Assembly: GCA_963788655.1 (NCBI GenBank)
Contig: CAWBHS010000075.1
Location: forward strand, 63,760 to 127,759
Reading direction: 5' to 3'
Length of the DNA: 64,000 nt
From: an uncultured Verrucomicrobiae bacterium
Lineage (GTDB): Bacteria > Verrucomicrobiota > Verrucomicrobiia > Limisphaerales > JAFGQR01
Shown: one piece after another, positions 1 to 10,112 of the stretch
Position numbering within the stretch: position 1 is the stretch's first letter
How the letters are laid out: every line of letters starts with the position of its first letter
Translations under genes and position numbers: made by a program
The notes under the pieces: model-generated
Told to the model about the DNA's origin: nothing
The model's database searches: none
Seen by the model: only the letters and a program-made list of their open reading frames with translations

Positions 1-939
1 TTGAGGCGCAAGCGAACCCGAAAAATGTTGGACTCCGAATCATTCATTTCCAGCAGGAATGCCGGACGCAAGAAGCTGATCCCGTCGGACGCAAATCCCG
101 GCCGGCTGATGGTGGTTTCGACCGGCTCAAACGTGGTAATCTGCGGCGTCGTTCCTCCCGTTTCATCACCCGCAAGTGAAATACCCACGACGGCGGGAGA
201 GCTGATATGTCCTTCGTCATCAATCAATCGCAGCGTGAGCGAATTGGGACCAAAGGCCAGATCCAGCGGCAGAATCGGAAACGACACGTTGCCGGCAAGA
301 TCGGTCAGCGATAATGACGGCGCGGCGAGATATTGCGTCGAGATTCCGGTGCCGGAGGCAATGACGAGTTGCAGGGCGACGATGTTTCCTTCGGGATCGT
401 GATAGGAAAACTGCAAGCGAGGCGGCATTCGTGTCGGTGATCGAATTCGTTGAGACCGTCACCGCCGAGAGAATGGGCGCTTCGCCTTGTGTCTTGAACA
501 AGCGGAAGAACATCGAAGGTGCGGCCGGTGCGTTGGTGACCACGAATTGGTCTCCCGAGACAGACACGGGGTCGCCGGAGTTCTGCCACCCATTCGTGGG
601 CGGCAGTTGATTCGCGATCTGGAGGGTGAAGCCGCTGGCATTGGTCGGCCACTGGATGATGAATCCACCTGGGTCCGGCTCGATCTGCACTTCGACATTG
701 GCCTCACTCGGTAGTGAACCAAATACCAGCGCCAGAATGGCGATCACCCCAGCAAGCTGGGAATAACGTCGGCAACGGATGGGTTTGGTGATGCTTTCGC
801 GGCAATTCATGGAATCAAACAGGTCCACCCGCGAGGAATATTGCATTGATTTCATCAGCAGTTGGGATTTGAGCGTTGTCGTTCTTGGTTTTCGATCTTC
901 GGCCTCTGTTTCCGTGAGCGTTTCGAAGTGGTTCATCAC
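1..939 (-). CDS. Secreted/surface protein, 5' part (continues off window; frameshift near 405)
   Basis: Hydrophobic signal-like segment (LAGVIAILALVFG), then QWPTNASGFTLQ...VVTN...MFFRL domain. After ~405 the protein-like reading continues in another frame (YHDPEGNIVALQL...) to the edge. True start uncertain. Confidence 0.6.
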
Positions 940-1168
940 CGAGGTGCGCCACCGTGGTTGAGATCGACGGTGCTACGTTCAACGCCTTAGCTTCCATCCC
1001 TGCCCCCATGCCATTGCCGGTCCAGGTGAAAACAGTGGCGGTGACGGGCGAAGTGGCGCCGCCGAGGAGGGTGATCATCAAGATCAGCGCCCGGCTTGCG
1101 CGTTGCAGCGGTTCAACCAATTTGCGATCCACTCGCGGAGTAGGTGTGTTGGCGTGCTGTTTTATCAT
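815..1168 (-). pseudogene. Short secreted-protein fragment
   Basis: Signal-like segment then TVFTWTGNG (typical start of large surface proteins); ends ADEINAIFLAG, resembling a LamG end; only 117 aa. Confidence 0.35.
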
Positions 1169-1471
1169 ATTCCGTTTCGGTCATCGCTTTAAAGGGCCAG
1201 CTTTCGCAGTGCCGGGGAACCAGCCCCCCACACTTGATAAAGAAGATTTCTCGCCGTGCTCTTACAGGGGGACGTGTTTTATCCTTATTGGCTTTTTCGT
1301 GAAGTTCTCCAGCGCGTTGCTGTGAGCCGTCAAGGGCATGGTGATACACCAAATCTGCATGGACGAACACACGGCAGTCATGCGGGACACATTTGATAGT
1401 TCGCGTGCCGCTGCCAACGCGCAAGCTGGGCGTGCATTTGTCGAGCCTTCCCGTTACGATGTCCGCGCGCG

Positions 1472-3022
1472 ATGGCTAACGACGAAACAGTCCAGACCGA
1501 ACCCAGTTCAACTTCGCTGCGCCCCGTCCAATTGTGGCAGGCGTTGATCCCGGTCGTTGCGTTGATCTTCATGATTTACTGGAGTGTCGTGAAGTTCGAG
1601 ACCAGCGCACACCTGGCCCTGATTCTAGCCACCGCCATCGCGGGCGTGGTCGGCTTCGCAATCGGGTATCCGTGGAAGGTGATGGAGCAGGGCATCATCG
1701 AGGGCATCACCATCGGGTTGCAAGCCATCCTGATTCTGCTGGTGATCGGCATGTTGATTGCCACGTGGATCATCAGCGGCATTGTCCCGCTTCTGATTTA
1801 TTACGGGTTGCAGTTGTTGAATCCGGCCATCTTCCTGGCCGCCACCTGCGTGATTTGCAGCATTGTCTCGCTCTCGACCGGCAGTTCCTGGACCACGTCC
1901 GGCACGGTGGGCGTAGCGCTGATCGGCGTGGGCCAGGGTTTGGGCGTGCCCCTGCCCATGGTGGCGGGAGCAATTGTTTCCGGCGCGTATTTTGGCGATA
2001 AAATATCACCGCTTTCGGACACCACCAATCTGGCGCCGGCGGTGGCTGGGGCGGAGTTGTTCGAGCACGTGCGTTACATGCTCTACACCACAATTCCCGC
2101 TCTGGTGCTCGCGTTGATTCTCTACGTAATTCTCGGACTCAACCTCGGTCATCAGTCGGCGCATGCGGAATCGGTGGAAACCATCTGCGCGACGCTGCGG
2201 GAACATTTCAACTTGAATCCGCTGTTGTTGCTGCCGCCGTTGCTGGTGGTCCTGATGGTGGCGTTGCGCCTGCCCGCTTTGCCGGCGATGCTGGGCGGCG
2301 TTTTACTGGGGGCGATCATGGGAATCTGCTTCCAGCAGGCCACCCTCGGCCAGCTCGCTCGGGCGGCATTTGACGGCTACGAATCCACCACCCACGTGGC
2401 CACGGTGGACAACCTGTTGTCGCGCGGTGGTCTGACCAGCATGCTGGAGACGGTGGCGTTGATCCTGTGCGCGCTGAGCTTTGGCGGGATCATGGAACGA
2501 ACCGGAATGCTGGCCACTTTGGCGGGCGCGGTTTTGCGGCTGGCGCGCAGTACCGGTTCGTTGGTGGCGGCCACGGTGCTGACCTGCATCGGCATGAACA
2601 TCCTCGCGCCGGACCAGTATTTGTCGATTGTGGTACCGGGGCGGATGTACCGTGAAGCCTACCGGCGACAGGGACTTGAACCGCGGTTGTTGTCCCGCAC
2701 GCTGGAGGATTCCGGGACGCTGAGTTCGCCGCTGGTGGCCTGGAACACGTGTGGCGCGTTTATGGGAAAAACGCTCGGGGTGCAGTCATTCGCTTTCGCC
2801 CCGTACACCTTCCTGAATCTCTTCTGTCCGGTCATCGCCATCCTGATTGCGTTCACCGGATGGAAGATTGTGAACAACCGGGCGGTGATGTGGTACCCCT
2901 GTTCCAAGTCAGAAACCCGTGTCATCTTGAGCGAAACCAGCAGGCAGTATTCTCCCGAAACGCCGTTAAGGCCGGGGTCTAATGATCACGGTTCCGCGAG
3001 GATCTTGCTGCGTTGCCGATAA
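1472..3022 (+). CDS. nhaC: Na+/H+ antiporter NhaC
   Basis: Polytopic membrane protein with TGSSWTT, GAYFGDKISPLSDTTNLA and SRTLEDSGT motifs; non-conserved-looking tail overlaps the convergent gene. Confidence 0.92.
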   Translation: MANDETVQTEPSSTSLRPVQLWQALIPVVALIFMIYWSVVKFETSAHLALILATAIAGVVGFAIGYPWKVMEQGIIEGITIGLQAILILLVIGMLIATWIISGIVPLLIYYGLQLLNPAIFLAATCVICSIVSLSTGSSWTTSGTVGVALIGVGQGLGVPLPMVAGAIVSGAYFGDKISPLSDTTNLAPAVAGAELFEHVRYMLYTTIPALVLALILYVILGLNLGHQSAHAESVETICATLREHFNLNPLLLLPPLLVVLMVALRLPALPAMLGGVLLGAIMGICFQQATLGQLARAAFDGYESTTHVATVDNLLSRGGLTSMLETVALILCALSFGGIMERTGMLATLAGAVLRLARSTGSLVAATVLTCIGMNILAPDQYLSIVVPGRMYREAYRRQGLEPRLLSRTLEDSGTLSSPLVAWNTCGAFMGKTLGVQSFAFAPYTFLNLFCPVIAILIAFTGWKIVNNRAVMWYPCSKSETRVILSETSRQYSPETPLRPGSNDHGSARILLRCR

Positions 3023-5100
3023 TACTCGTCGGGCGTCAATTTGTCGTTTACGTAGTCCTGGGTGAGTCGTTCGAGTCGGTCGTGCTTGCTCGGAGTAAGC
3101 GGCGATATTTTTGAATCGGAAGTTTGCGGGGCCGTGTCGTCGCGGCGCTGGCGTTCCGCTTGGCGCGATTTAATCAATGCTTCCGCTTCGGCTTTCTCGC
3201 GTTCTCGCCGGGCCTGGGCTTCGGCGTCGGTGGCGCGCTTGATGGCTGGTTCCTCCCGGGCGAGCGCTTCCGATTTCTGCTGCTGGCGAGCCCCCGTTTC
3301 CGCCGCGGGTTCCGCTTGGTTTTGCTTTCCTGTTTGTTTTGGGGCGCTGGCTTCGGCCGGCTTTGGCGGGGCGACATTGGGTGCGGGACTCGCCGTCAAA
3401 ACTTGATTCAACAGTTCACGGGCGGCTTGTTCCTGTTCCACAGTCATCGGCTCAGGCTCTGCCGAGAGTTCAAGCAGTGTCGCTGCGCCAATGGGTGGAG
3501 CCGCCGGTGCGGGAGCGGCGACGGTTGATCGGATTGGCGGAAGTTCAGGTGACTCTGTGTCGGGAGTCAAACGGACTGGCGGTGGTGGGGCTGTAGGAAC
3601 CGGTAACGATGTTATTTCGGGGGCGGCGGGCGGGACGATGGGCGGCGGGGGGCTGGCTATCTGGTCTGGCGGCCCGGCTTTGGTTTTGGGGGCGCGTCCG
3701 ACCGGCTCAGCTTGCGGCGGCGTCTGTTTTGGTTTCCCTTCCTGCTGGTCCTGACTGAGTTTCAAGTCAACTTTAGGTTCCGCTTCGCGGGATAGCTTCG
3801 GCTCAGATTTGGCCGGTGATTGGGGAGACATCTCCGCCAGAGTCTTCTCCAGCAGAGCGCGGGCTTTCTGCTCCTGCTCCGGGCTCAAGGTGGGTTCTTC
3901 CGCGGGCATTTCGGGAAGCGAGGTGGTCGGAGGCGGGGTCACATTGGGAAGTGCGGACACCGCCGCCTCCGCCGGCGGGGGCATGGGGGCGGGAATTTCA
4001 GTCACGCTTTGCTCCGGGGGCTTGGCGGCAACCGGTTCAGGTTCGGGTATTGGCCGAGTGGTCGATGGCGGTGGCGCGGGTGGAGTCGGAACAGGTTCCG
4101 CCGGTGTTTCAACAATCGTTGGTGGCGTCGCAGGTGCGGGGGGAGGGGCGGCGGTTGGGGGAGGATTGGTATCGAGATTCACCGGTTTGGGTTCAGGTGC
4201 AACGGCGGTGATTGTCGCGGCATTAGTCGGCGGCGGCGGTTCGGCGGTCGAGTTCTCCGGTAGAGATGGGGATGGCGCTGTTTTCTCGACTAGGGGCGTA
4301 TGATGCTCCGGCGGCGGCGATGCTTTTTCGGGCAAGCTTGGAGCTTCCTCCGGCAACACGGGGGTGACCGGCAAGCCTTCAGCCTTGGCGGTGGGCGGCG
4401 ATTTTGTCGGTACGAGCGCCGGGACCGGGGCTGGCGAGGTGGCGACAGCCGGAGCGACCACTTTGGGCGTCACGGGCGCCGGCGACTTGCGCGGCGGAGA
4501 GGTCACTACTGCGGGAGGGGGCGCCGGCGGCTGGCGAGTCAACAGGTGCGCCGCGATGAAACCCAGCGTCGGCGACGGCATATCAATGCGGATCCACTCG
4601 CCTTGCGATTCGGCTGCTTTTACTGCGTCACCTTTTTGAAGGAGACTCACAATGCGGTAATCCACCCCCGGGCCACTGCGCACGTTCAATCGGCTGGCAG
4701 TGATCCTTTGCGTGGCCGGATCAAGGTAGCGGGCACTGATCCAGGCCGGCAAGGTGACCCGGCACCATTGGTTCGGCTCGTTGGGCATCGGGTATTGGCG
4801 GGCAATGTCCTCCAGCACCAGCACCCGGTCGCCGCGATTCAGATGCGTGACCAATTCGCTTTTAATGGTCGGCTGCTTGCGCACGATGACATTGTCACCG
4901 TTAACGACCGCCGGTTCGGGCGCGGGGGCGGGCAATCCTAAGGAAGCGGACGGCCGCAAGGCTTCGTTACCGTCTGTGGGGGGTGCCGACGCCACCGGCG
5001 GCGTTGGGGTTTGTGGCGAGGTAATGGAAGTTTGGGCAGGAAGAGGCTGAAGACCGGTCCCCAACAGGCACCAGATCATCAATGGTGCGAACGTTTTCAT
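2986..5100 (-). CDS. Secreted SH3b-domain protein with Pro/Ala-rich linker and SHOCT-like C-terminus
   Basis: Signal peptide; two SH3b-like repeats (LNVRSGPGVDYRIV...GEWIRI); long Pro-rich region; RLERLTQDY...LTPDEYYRQRSKIL. Confidence 0.8.
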   Translation of the reverse strand: MKTFAPLMIWCLLGTGLQPLPAQTSITSPQTPTPPVASAPPTDGNEALRPSASLGLPAPAPEPAVVNGDNVIVRKQPTIKSELVTHLNRGDRVLVLEDIARQYPMPNEPNQWCRVTLPAWISARYLDPATQRITASRLNVRSGPGVDYRIVSLLQKGDAVKAAESQGEWIRIDMPSPTLGFIAAHLLTRQPPAPPPAVVTSPPRKSPAPVTPKVVAPAVATSPAPVPALVPTKSPPTAKAEGLPVTPVLPEEAPSLPEKASPPPEHHTPLVEKTAPSPSLPENSTAEPPPPTNAATITAVAPEPKPVNLDTNPPPTAAPPPAPATPPTIVETPAEPVPTPPAPPPSTTRPIPEPEPVAAKPPEQSVTEIPAPMPPPAEAAVSALPNVTPPPTTSLPEMPAEEPTLSPEQEQKARALLEKTLAEMSPQSPAKSEPKLSREAEPKVDLKLSQDQQEGKPKQTPPQAEPVGRAPKTKAGPPDQIASPPPPIVPPAAPEITSLPVPTAPPPPVRLTPDTESPELPPIRSTVAAPAPAAPPIGAATLLELSAEPEPMTVEQEQAARELLNQVLTASPAPNVAPPKPAEASAPKQTGKQNQAEPAAETGARQQQKSEALAREEPAIKRATDAEAQARREREKAEAEALIKSRQAERQRRDDTAPQTSDSKISPLTPSKHDRLERLTQDYVNDKLTPDEYYRQRSKILAEP

Positions 5101-5685
5101 ATCTGCTCAATACTCAAATCGCCCGCCGGACGCAACAACGAAACGCGGTGCCGGGCAGGTCGCGTGTATCCCAAAGGTGTTGGTTGCGTTCCCCCCGCCC
5201 GCCGCGTGGGGGGCCCGCGGCCGGCAAGGCGGACATTCGTTGGCTGCTGGGATGGCCCCACCCGGCAATTGCTCGCATTATTCCGGCCAGGTTTCGGCCG
5301 CAGGTGCGATCAATGCCTTGGTAACTTGTTCTTCCTTGATTACTCCTCCAGGCTTCGGGCTCCGGCCTGAGAGCCTGTTTTATTCGAGCGACGCCAATCT
5401 TAGTCCAGAGATGACACGAAGTCCCCGAGTTTTCGCGAATTCACGGTCATTCGTTTCGTTCGAAAACTCAACCTGTCCGTGTCATGTTCGGGAATTCCAT
5501 GACTCCAGCCGGATTGATCAGCCTCACAAACAGGCGCTAGGGGAACGAACGGCATACCCAGATAACCATTTACTGCGGGCCGAAGAACTTGGGTTATCTC
5601 TTGAGAAGACCAACCCCACGTTCACCAACTTGTCCGCAGTATCAAAACATAATTCGCGCCGGGAGTTGGCGGCGCATTAAACACT

Positions 5686-5774
5686 GTAGCAGCCGACGTG
5701 AGTCGGCTCTGACTTATTCTTCGATGATCCAAAGACGATTCGCTTAGTCAGAACGAACTGACGTTCGCAGCTAC
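5686..5774. repeat. REP doublet family B (GTAGCAGCCGACGTGAG...GCTAC)
   Basis: Imperfect inverted repeat; relatives at 9929-10000 and 63105-63180. Confidence 0.75.
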
Positions 5775-5796
5775 CCACAACGAAATGGAGGCCAAA

Positions 5797-5919
5797 ATGG
5801 CAGTCAACTATGCTAAACTCTTCAACCGACGTGTCACCCCGCAGTCGCAGCCGATTCCGGGCTCGACCCAGGTCCGCAATTCGGCCGGTGGTTACTCGTG
5901 GCCAGTCGATGACTGGACC
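5797..5919 (+). pseudogene. TROVE/Ro60 (Rsr) N-terminal fragment
   Basis: GGAG RBS, then MAVNYAKLFNRRVTPQSQPIPGSTQVRNSAGGYSWPVDDWT; similarity stops after 41 codons. Confidence 0.8.
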
Positions 5920-5942
5920 GTCTCTGCAGCGAACCACGAGCT

Positions 5943-7913
5943 TCAATCAATCGACGCCGATTCCGCCACCAACTCGCCCGCCTTGCTGAGCGGCAGAGCC
6001 AACACAAAGGAAGCCCCGCCCAACTCGTCACCACCCAGCCGTAAATCCCCGCCCATGCTACGGCTCAAGCGTCGGCAGAGCGCCAGGCCCAGGCCCACGC
6101 CGGGGGCGGTGTGCGCGGCTTGTTGCGCGGATTTGCTGAAGGGCTTGAACAACCGCCGGGCCGCTGCCGACGAAATGCCTTGGCCATGATCGCGCACCCG
6201 TAACAGGGCGAACTTGCCCTGTTCCGGAAGTGCCTCCAGATGAATGATTCTGTCGGTGGCCAACGGGGCGGCATATTTACAGGCGTTGTCCACCAAGTTG
6301 AACAGGATTTGTTCGACGGCGGCGACATCCACGTGGACGAGCGTTTCGCGGACGCCAGCACCCACGTCTTCGACCAGGTCCATCCCCGCCTGCTCGGCCC
6401 GTTGCGCCAGGCGCGGTTTGACGCGCTGCACCAATTCGCCCAGCGCGATCCGTTCCACGCGGCGGCGGGCGCTGCCCCGTTCCAGGCGCGCGTAAGCCAG
6501 CACATTTTCAACCAGGTGACTGAGGCGATTGGCTTCGAGGCAGAGCGTATTCAGGTAATGCTTACGTTTGGCGGCATCCGGCACCATGTCGTCCGCCAGC
6601 ATTTCCGAATACATTTTGAACGTCGTCAGCGGCGTGCGCAATTCGTGCGTCACGGCCGAGACGAAGGAGGCGCGGCGTTCGCTGAGGGACAAGGTGCCCC
6701 GAAGCAACAACGCCACCGCCAATCCGGCCACCAGCACACAGACCCAGGCCAGTAGAAGCGACAATCGCAGAAGCGTCCAGCCCGGCAACGCGGCGCTGGC
6801 CACGGGACCGGTGAGCAGCTTTACCGGGAGGGTGGCGAGCATGCGAGCGTTGCGTTCGCCGTTGGGTTCCCGCAAGGCTTGGAGCCGGGCGGCAGGAAAA
6901 AGGTCTTTGATGGATTCCAAGAGCGCGGTTTGCACGTTGGTCCAGTTGAGCCAACAGCCTTGGACCACGAAGCTCTTCCCCTGCTGAACCCGACGAGCGA
7001 GCACCAACGCATCGCCCAACCACAGCGCCTTGAACACTCCTTCATTTGAGCTGACGCCGGGCAGGGAAGCCGGAGGTTGCGCGGGAGGTAATTGCGAATT
7101 GCCGTTGTTGATCGATAGCCGTTGTTGGGCTTGCTGAAATGTGTTGGCGCGAAAGTTGAACTCGGCCTGGTTGCGGTACTCCTGAGCCTGCGCCATCTGT
7201 GCCGCCGGCTGAGCCATTTGCGCCGGAGCATTGAGCAGCGCTGGCTGTTGCGCCGTTGGTTGCGTTAGCTGGACAGCCACCTGGACGTTGGTCAATTGCC
7301 GCTCGGTTTGCTGGATCAGCAGGTCCCCGTTATCGCCCCGCGGAGCTGTTGGAACCGTGGAAGAAAAAGTGGGAATGAGTTCCCGGTAGGAAATCGTTGC
7401 GGCGACTTGCGGGCGCGCGGCCGGTTCGTCCAGCACCTGGCGAAAGGCAGCGAGCCGTTGCGTGGCGTTATCAATTTGTTCCCGCGGAACGTAACCGCCT
7501 TCCGCCAATTGACGCTGATGGCCTACGGGCGCTTGCGGCGAGGTTAATCCTCCGCCGGGAGATAACTGGAAATGGAGCAGGATATTGCTGGAGGCATAGC
7601 CCAATAGGGGGGAAGGCACCAGCACATCGCCTTGTTTGAGCTGGGTATAACTCTTGGTGTAGGCCAGGGGCGTATCTTGAAAGGCCTGGTAAGCTATGGC
7701 TGGCCGGGCGCTTTCCTCGATGATCAGCGGCGCGAGCCAGGAGTCCATGCGCCAAAGCGCCAACCGGGCGCGTTCTTCCAGCTCGCCTTGTTGCGCGGCG
7801 GCCAATTGCAACCGATCCAATCGCAGCGTGGTGTAGCTCACCCAGCCCATCACCCCCAGCAACACCGCGGAACAGAGAGCGAAACCGATCCAAATGTGCG
7901 CCGGCCGGTTCAT
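5943..7913 (-). CDS. Membrane sensor histidine kinase
   Basis: Two TM segments; H-box FVSAVTHELRTPL, N-box NLVDNACKY, DHGQG and GVGLGL. Confidence 0.95.
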   Translation of the reverse strand: MNRPAHIWIGFALCSAVLLGVMGWVSYTTLRLDRLQLAAAQQGELEERARLALWRMDSWLAPLIIEESARPAIAYQAFQDTPLAYTKSYTQLKQGDVLVPSPLLGYASSNILLHFQLSPGGGLTSPQAPVGHQRQLAEGGYVPREQIDNATQRLAAFRQVLDEPAARPQVAATISYRELIPTFSSTVPTAPRGDNGDLLIQQTERQLTNVQVAVQLTQPTAQQPALLNAPAQMAQPAAQMAQAQEYRNQAEFNFRANTFQQAQQRLSINNGNSQLPPAQPPASLPGVSSNEGVFKALWLGDALVLARRVQQGKSFVVQGCWLNWTNVQTALLESIKDLFPAARLQALREPNGERNARMLATLPVKLLTGPVASAALPGWTLLRLSLLLAWVCVLVAGLAVALLLRGTLSLSERRASFVSAVTHELRTPLTTFKMYSEMLADDMVPDAAKRKHYLNTLCLEANRLSHLVENVLAYARLERGSARRRVERIALGELVQRVKPRLAQRAEQAGMDLVEDVGAGVRETLVHVDVAAVEQILFNLVDNACKYAAPLATDRIIHLEALPEQGKFALLRVRDHGQGISSAAARRLFKPFSKSAQQAAHTAPGVGLGLALCRRLSRSMGGDLRLGGDELGGASFVLALPLSKAGELVAESASID

Positions 7914-8728
7914 AACGGTAGGACAGGCGTCCCGCCTGTCCCGGATCCAGGAGGGACATCCGACGTAGGAAGAACGTTAGTTGGCAACGGAGCGTTCTTG
8001 GTGTTTCGAGACAGGCGAGACGCCTGTCCTACGGTGCCCAGAACGCCTCCGCTACCACAGCCAATCCGAAATGTTCCGGGCTTGAGTTCTGACTTCAGCG
8101 GGTTCTCGAGTATGTATCGGGTAAATCGGTGCAGTTGGGTTTCGTTGCGCACAATGTGGTCAAACGACTCATCCTGCCACAGCTTGCCCTCGTGCTTGAG
8201 CAAGGTGTTGATCTGGTGAGCAGTGAATGACTTCCAGGAATGCAGCAGCTTCGGAAGCGAAAATCCCATCCCTGGCCGCACCAGACAATGGACATGATTT
8301 GGCATGACCACGAAGTGGCCAAGTTGGCAACGTTCACCGTCAAAATGGCGGAGAGCGCTTTCGACCTGCAACGAAAGTTCGGGCTGGCGTAGCCAGCATT
8401 CGCCGTAGCCCGCATCCAACCATTTATGAAAACGCTGCGTAAACTGTTCATCAAACGTCTTGCGGTCGGCTTCTGAATGCGGCGTAGGATGCGTCCGAAG
8501 CCAAACAGCCATTTGCGCTTCCCACTGACGGAGTTTTGCAGGTGGGATGGAATCACCCAGACGGAAAGTTACAAAGTAAGTGCAACCCGCTTGCTGCCAA
8601 TGCGGAAGATGCCGGCCATACATTGCAATAGGTGCCAAACGATCCAGCGCCCTAAACGGTAGGACAGGCGTCCCGCCTGTCTCGGAGGCAGGAGAGGCGT
8701 TCGAGTTATGGGAACCGTGACTTAGCAT
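7910..8728 (-). mobile_element. REP-associated tyrosine transposase (RAYT, HUH/Y1 family)
   Basis: HLPHW..YFVTFRL, VVMPNHVH (HUH), WKSFTA, WQDESFDHIVRN, YILENP; flanked by REPs; both ORF ends are REP-derived (GGTPVLP). Confidence 0.92.
7918..8032. repeat. REP doublet family A (GTAGGACAGGCGTCCCGCCTGTC and inverted copy)
   Basis: 7918-7940 and inverted 8010-8032. Confidence 0.92.
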
Positions 8729-9144
8729 GGGAGCACTATGGATGGTTCAATGGTTGCGGCCGATGTGGCGTTCAAGGATGTCGAAGCGTTGGGTGACAAC
8801 GGAGCGTTCCGGGACGTTCGGGACAGGCGGGACGCCGGTCCTACCAGGCCCCTATGGCAACCGTTGCGACCATGCACGAGGCCGTCCGTTGTCGAGGGGT
8901 GCGTGGTCCGTCGCGCCAGCGTTTGGAGTGCGCCCGGCTTGCCGGCGCTTTTGGTTGCCACGAGACGGGAAATTTCCTTGCACGCGGTTCCCCTTGTTGC
9001 GCACGTCCCATGCCCGCAGAAAGCGGGAGCAAGCTCCCCGCACTCCAAACGCTTCGCGAGCTTCGGGGGGCACAGTCCATCGGCCGGCTCAAAAACGATT
9101 GGGTGGTTTTTAGCCATTCGGGACAGGCGGGACGCCTGTCCTAC
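8659..9144. repeat. REP cluster: family A at 8659-8681, 8822-8844, 9122-9144; family C doublet (TTGGAGTGCG...CGCACTCCAA) at ~8919-9052
   Basis: Near-identical 23-bp GTAG-footed palindromes plus a separate inverted pair. Confidence 0.9.
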
Positions 9145-9173
9145 GGGGCGCACATTCCAATCTCGACGGCCTT

Positions 9174-9875
9174 TCATATTCCCGGTTCCGCAAACATGTA
9201 GCCCTTGCCGCGCACGGTCAGCAACACTTGGGGATGGTCCGGATCGTCCCGCAGTTTCTCGCGCAGGTGGACTACGTGCATGTCAATCGTCCGCGTCGCC
9301 AGCCGCTTTGGATCCAGGCGCCAGACGCGCTGGAGGATTTCGTCCCGCGAAATGGCACGACCGGCGTTGCCAGCCAGATAACGAAGCAACTCGACCTCTC
9401 GTTCGGAAAGCTCGCTCCGCTGGCCATCGTCAAACCGCACTTCGCACCGGGCGAGGTCCGCGATGCCGCGGGGCAGCTTGATCTTGCTGACCTGTTCCGG
9501 CCGTTCCGGCGAACGGCGCAATACTGCTTCAACCCGCGCCAGCAGTTCGCGCACGCTGAAGGGTTTAACCACATAATCGTCCGCCCCCATGCGCAGTCCC
9601 TTCACCCGATCCGCTTCTTCGCCGCGGGCGGTGAGGATAATGGTCGGCAAGGTGGGGCGAGTGTTATGCATGGCTTCCAGGATTTCGAAGCCATTTGCCC
9701 CCGGCAAAATGAGGTCCAGGAGCAACAGGTCGTAGGTGGCACGCACTGCCTGCTTCAATCCGTCCGTACCGTTGGCGGCCTGGAGGACTTCGTAACCGGC
9801 AAACTGAAGGGCATCCACCAAGCCCTGCCGGATGGCGGAATCATCTTCAATGACCAACACACGTTTGGCTTGCAT
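9174..9875 (-). CDS. OmpR/PhoB-family response regulator
   Basis: Receiver domain (VLVIEDD, LLDLILP, GADDYVVKPF) and winged helix (RTIDMHV..LREKL, TVRGKGY). Confidence 0.96.
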   Translation of the reverse strand: MQAKRVLVIEDDSAIRQGLVDALQFAGYEVLQAANGTDGLKQAVRATYDLLLLDLILPGANGFEILEAMHNTRPTLPTIILTARGEEADRVKGLRMGADDYVVKPFSVRELLARVEAVLRRSPERPEQVSKIKLPRGIADLARCEVRFDDGQRSELSEREVELLRYLAGNAGRAISRDEILQRVWRLDPKRLATRTIDMHVVHLREKLRDDPDHPQVLLTVRGKGYMFAEPGI

Positions 9876-9928
9876 GATCAGAGCTAAAGGGCGTCACGCC
9901 GGTTTAACCCGCGCAATTCACTCTTTCG

Positions 9929-10000
9929 GTAGCCGCCGCCGGGAAGAGGCGTTAGAGCGCCAGGAGGCCTCGGCGTGCGCCTCATTACTTCGGCGGCTAC
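9929..10000. repeat. Degenerate REP doublet, family B-like
   Basis: GTAGCCGCCG...CGGCGGCTAC inverted ends. Confidence 0.65.
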
Positions 10001-10112
10001 AGTCAGTCGGAGTCCCAAGCGAGTAGTGAAATGTCCGGTCCAATGCATTCACTTTCATCAAAACGTAGCAGGCTTGCGGCGTTCGACCAACCGCCATTCG
10101 CGGGCGGGTGCC

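Noticed and set aside
5371..5537. MITE with GAGCCTGTTT/AAACAGGCGC ends holding a PIN C-terminal remnant (TNDREFAKTRGLRV)
   Set aside because: Ten-base imperfect repeat and short peptide similarity are too weak to support
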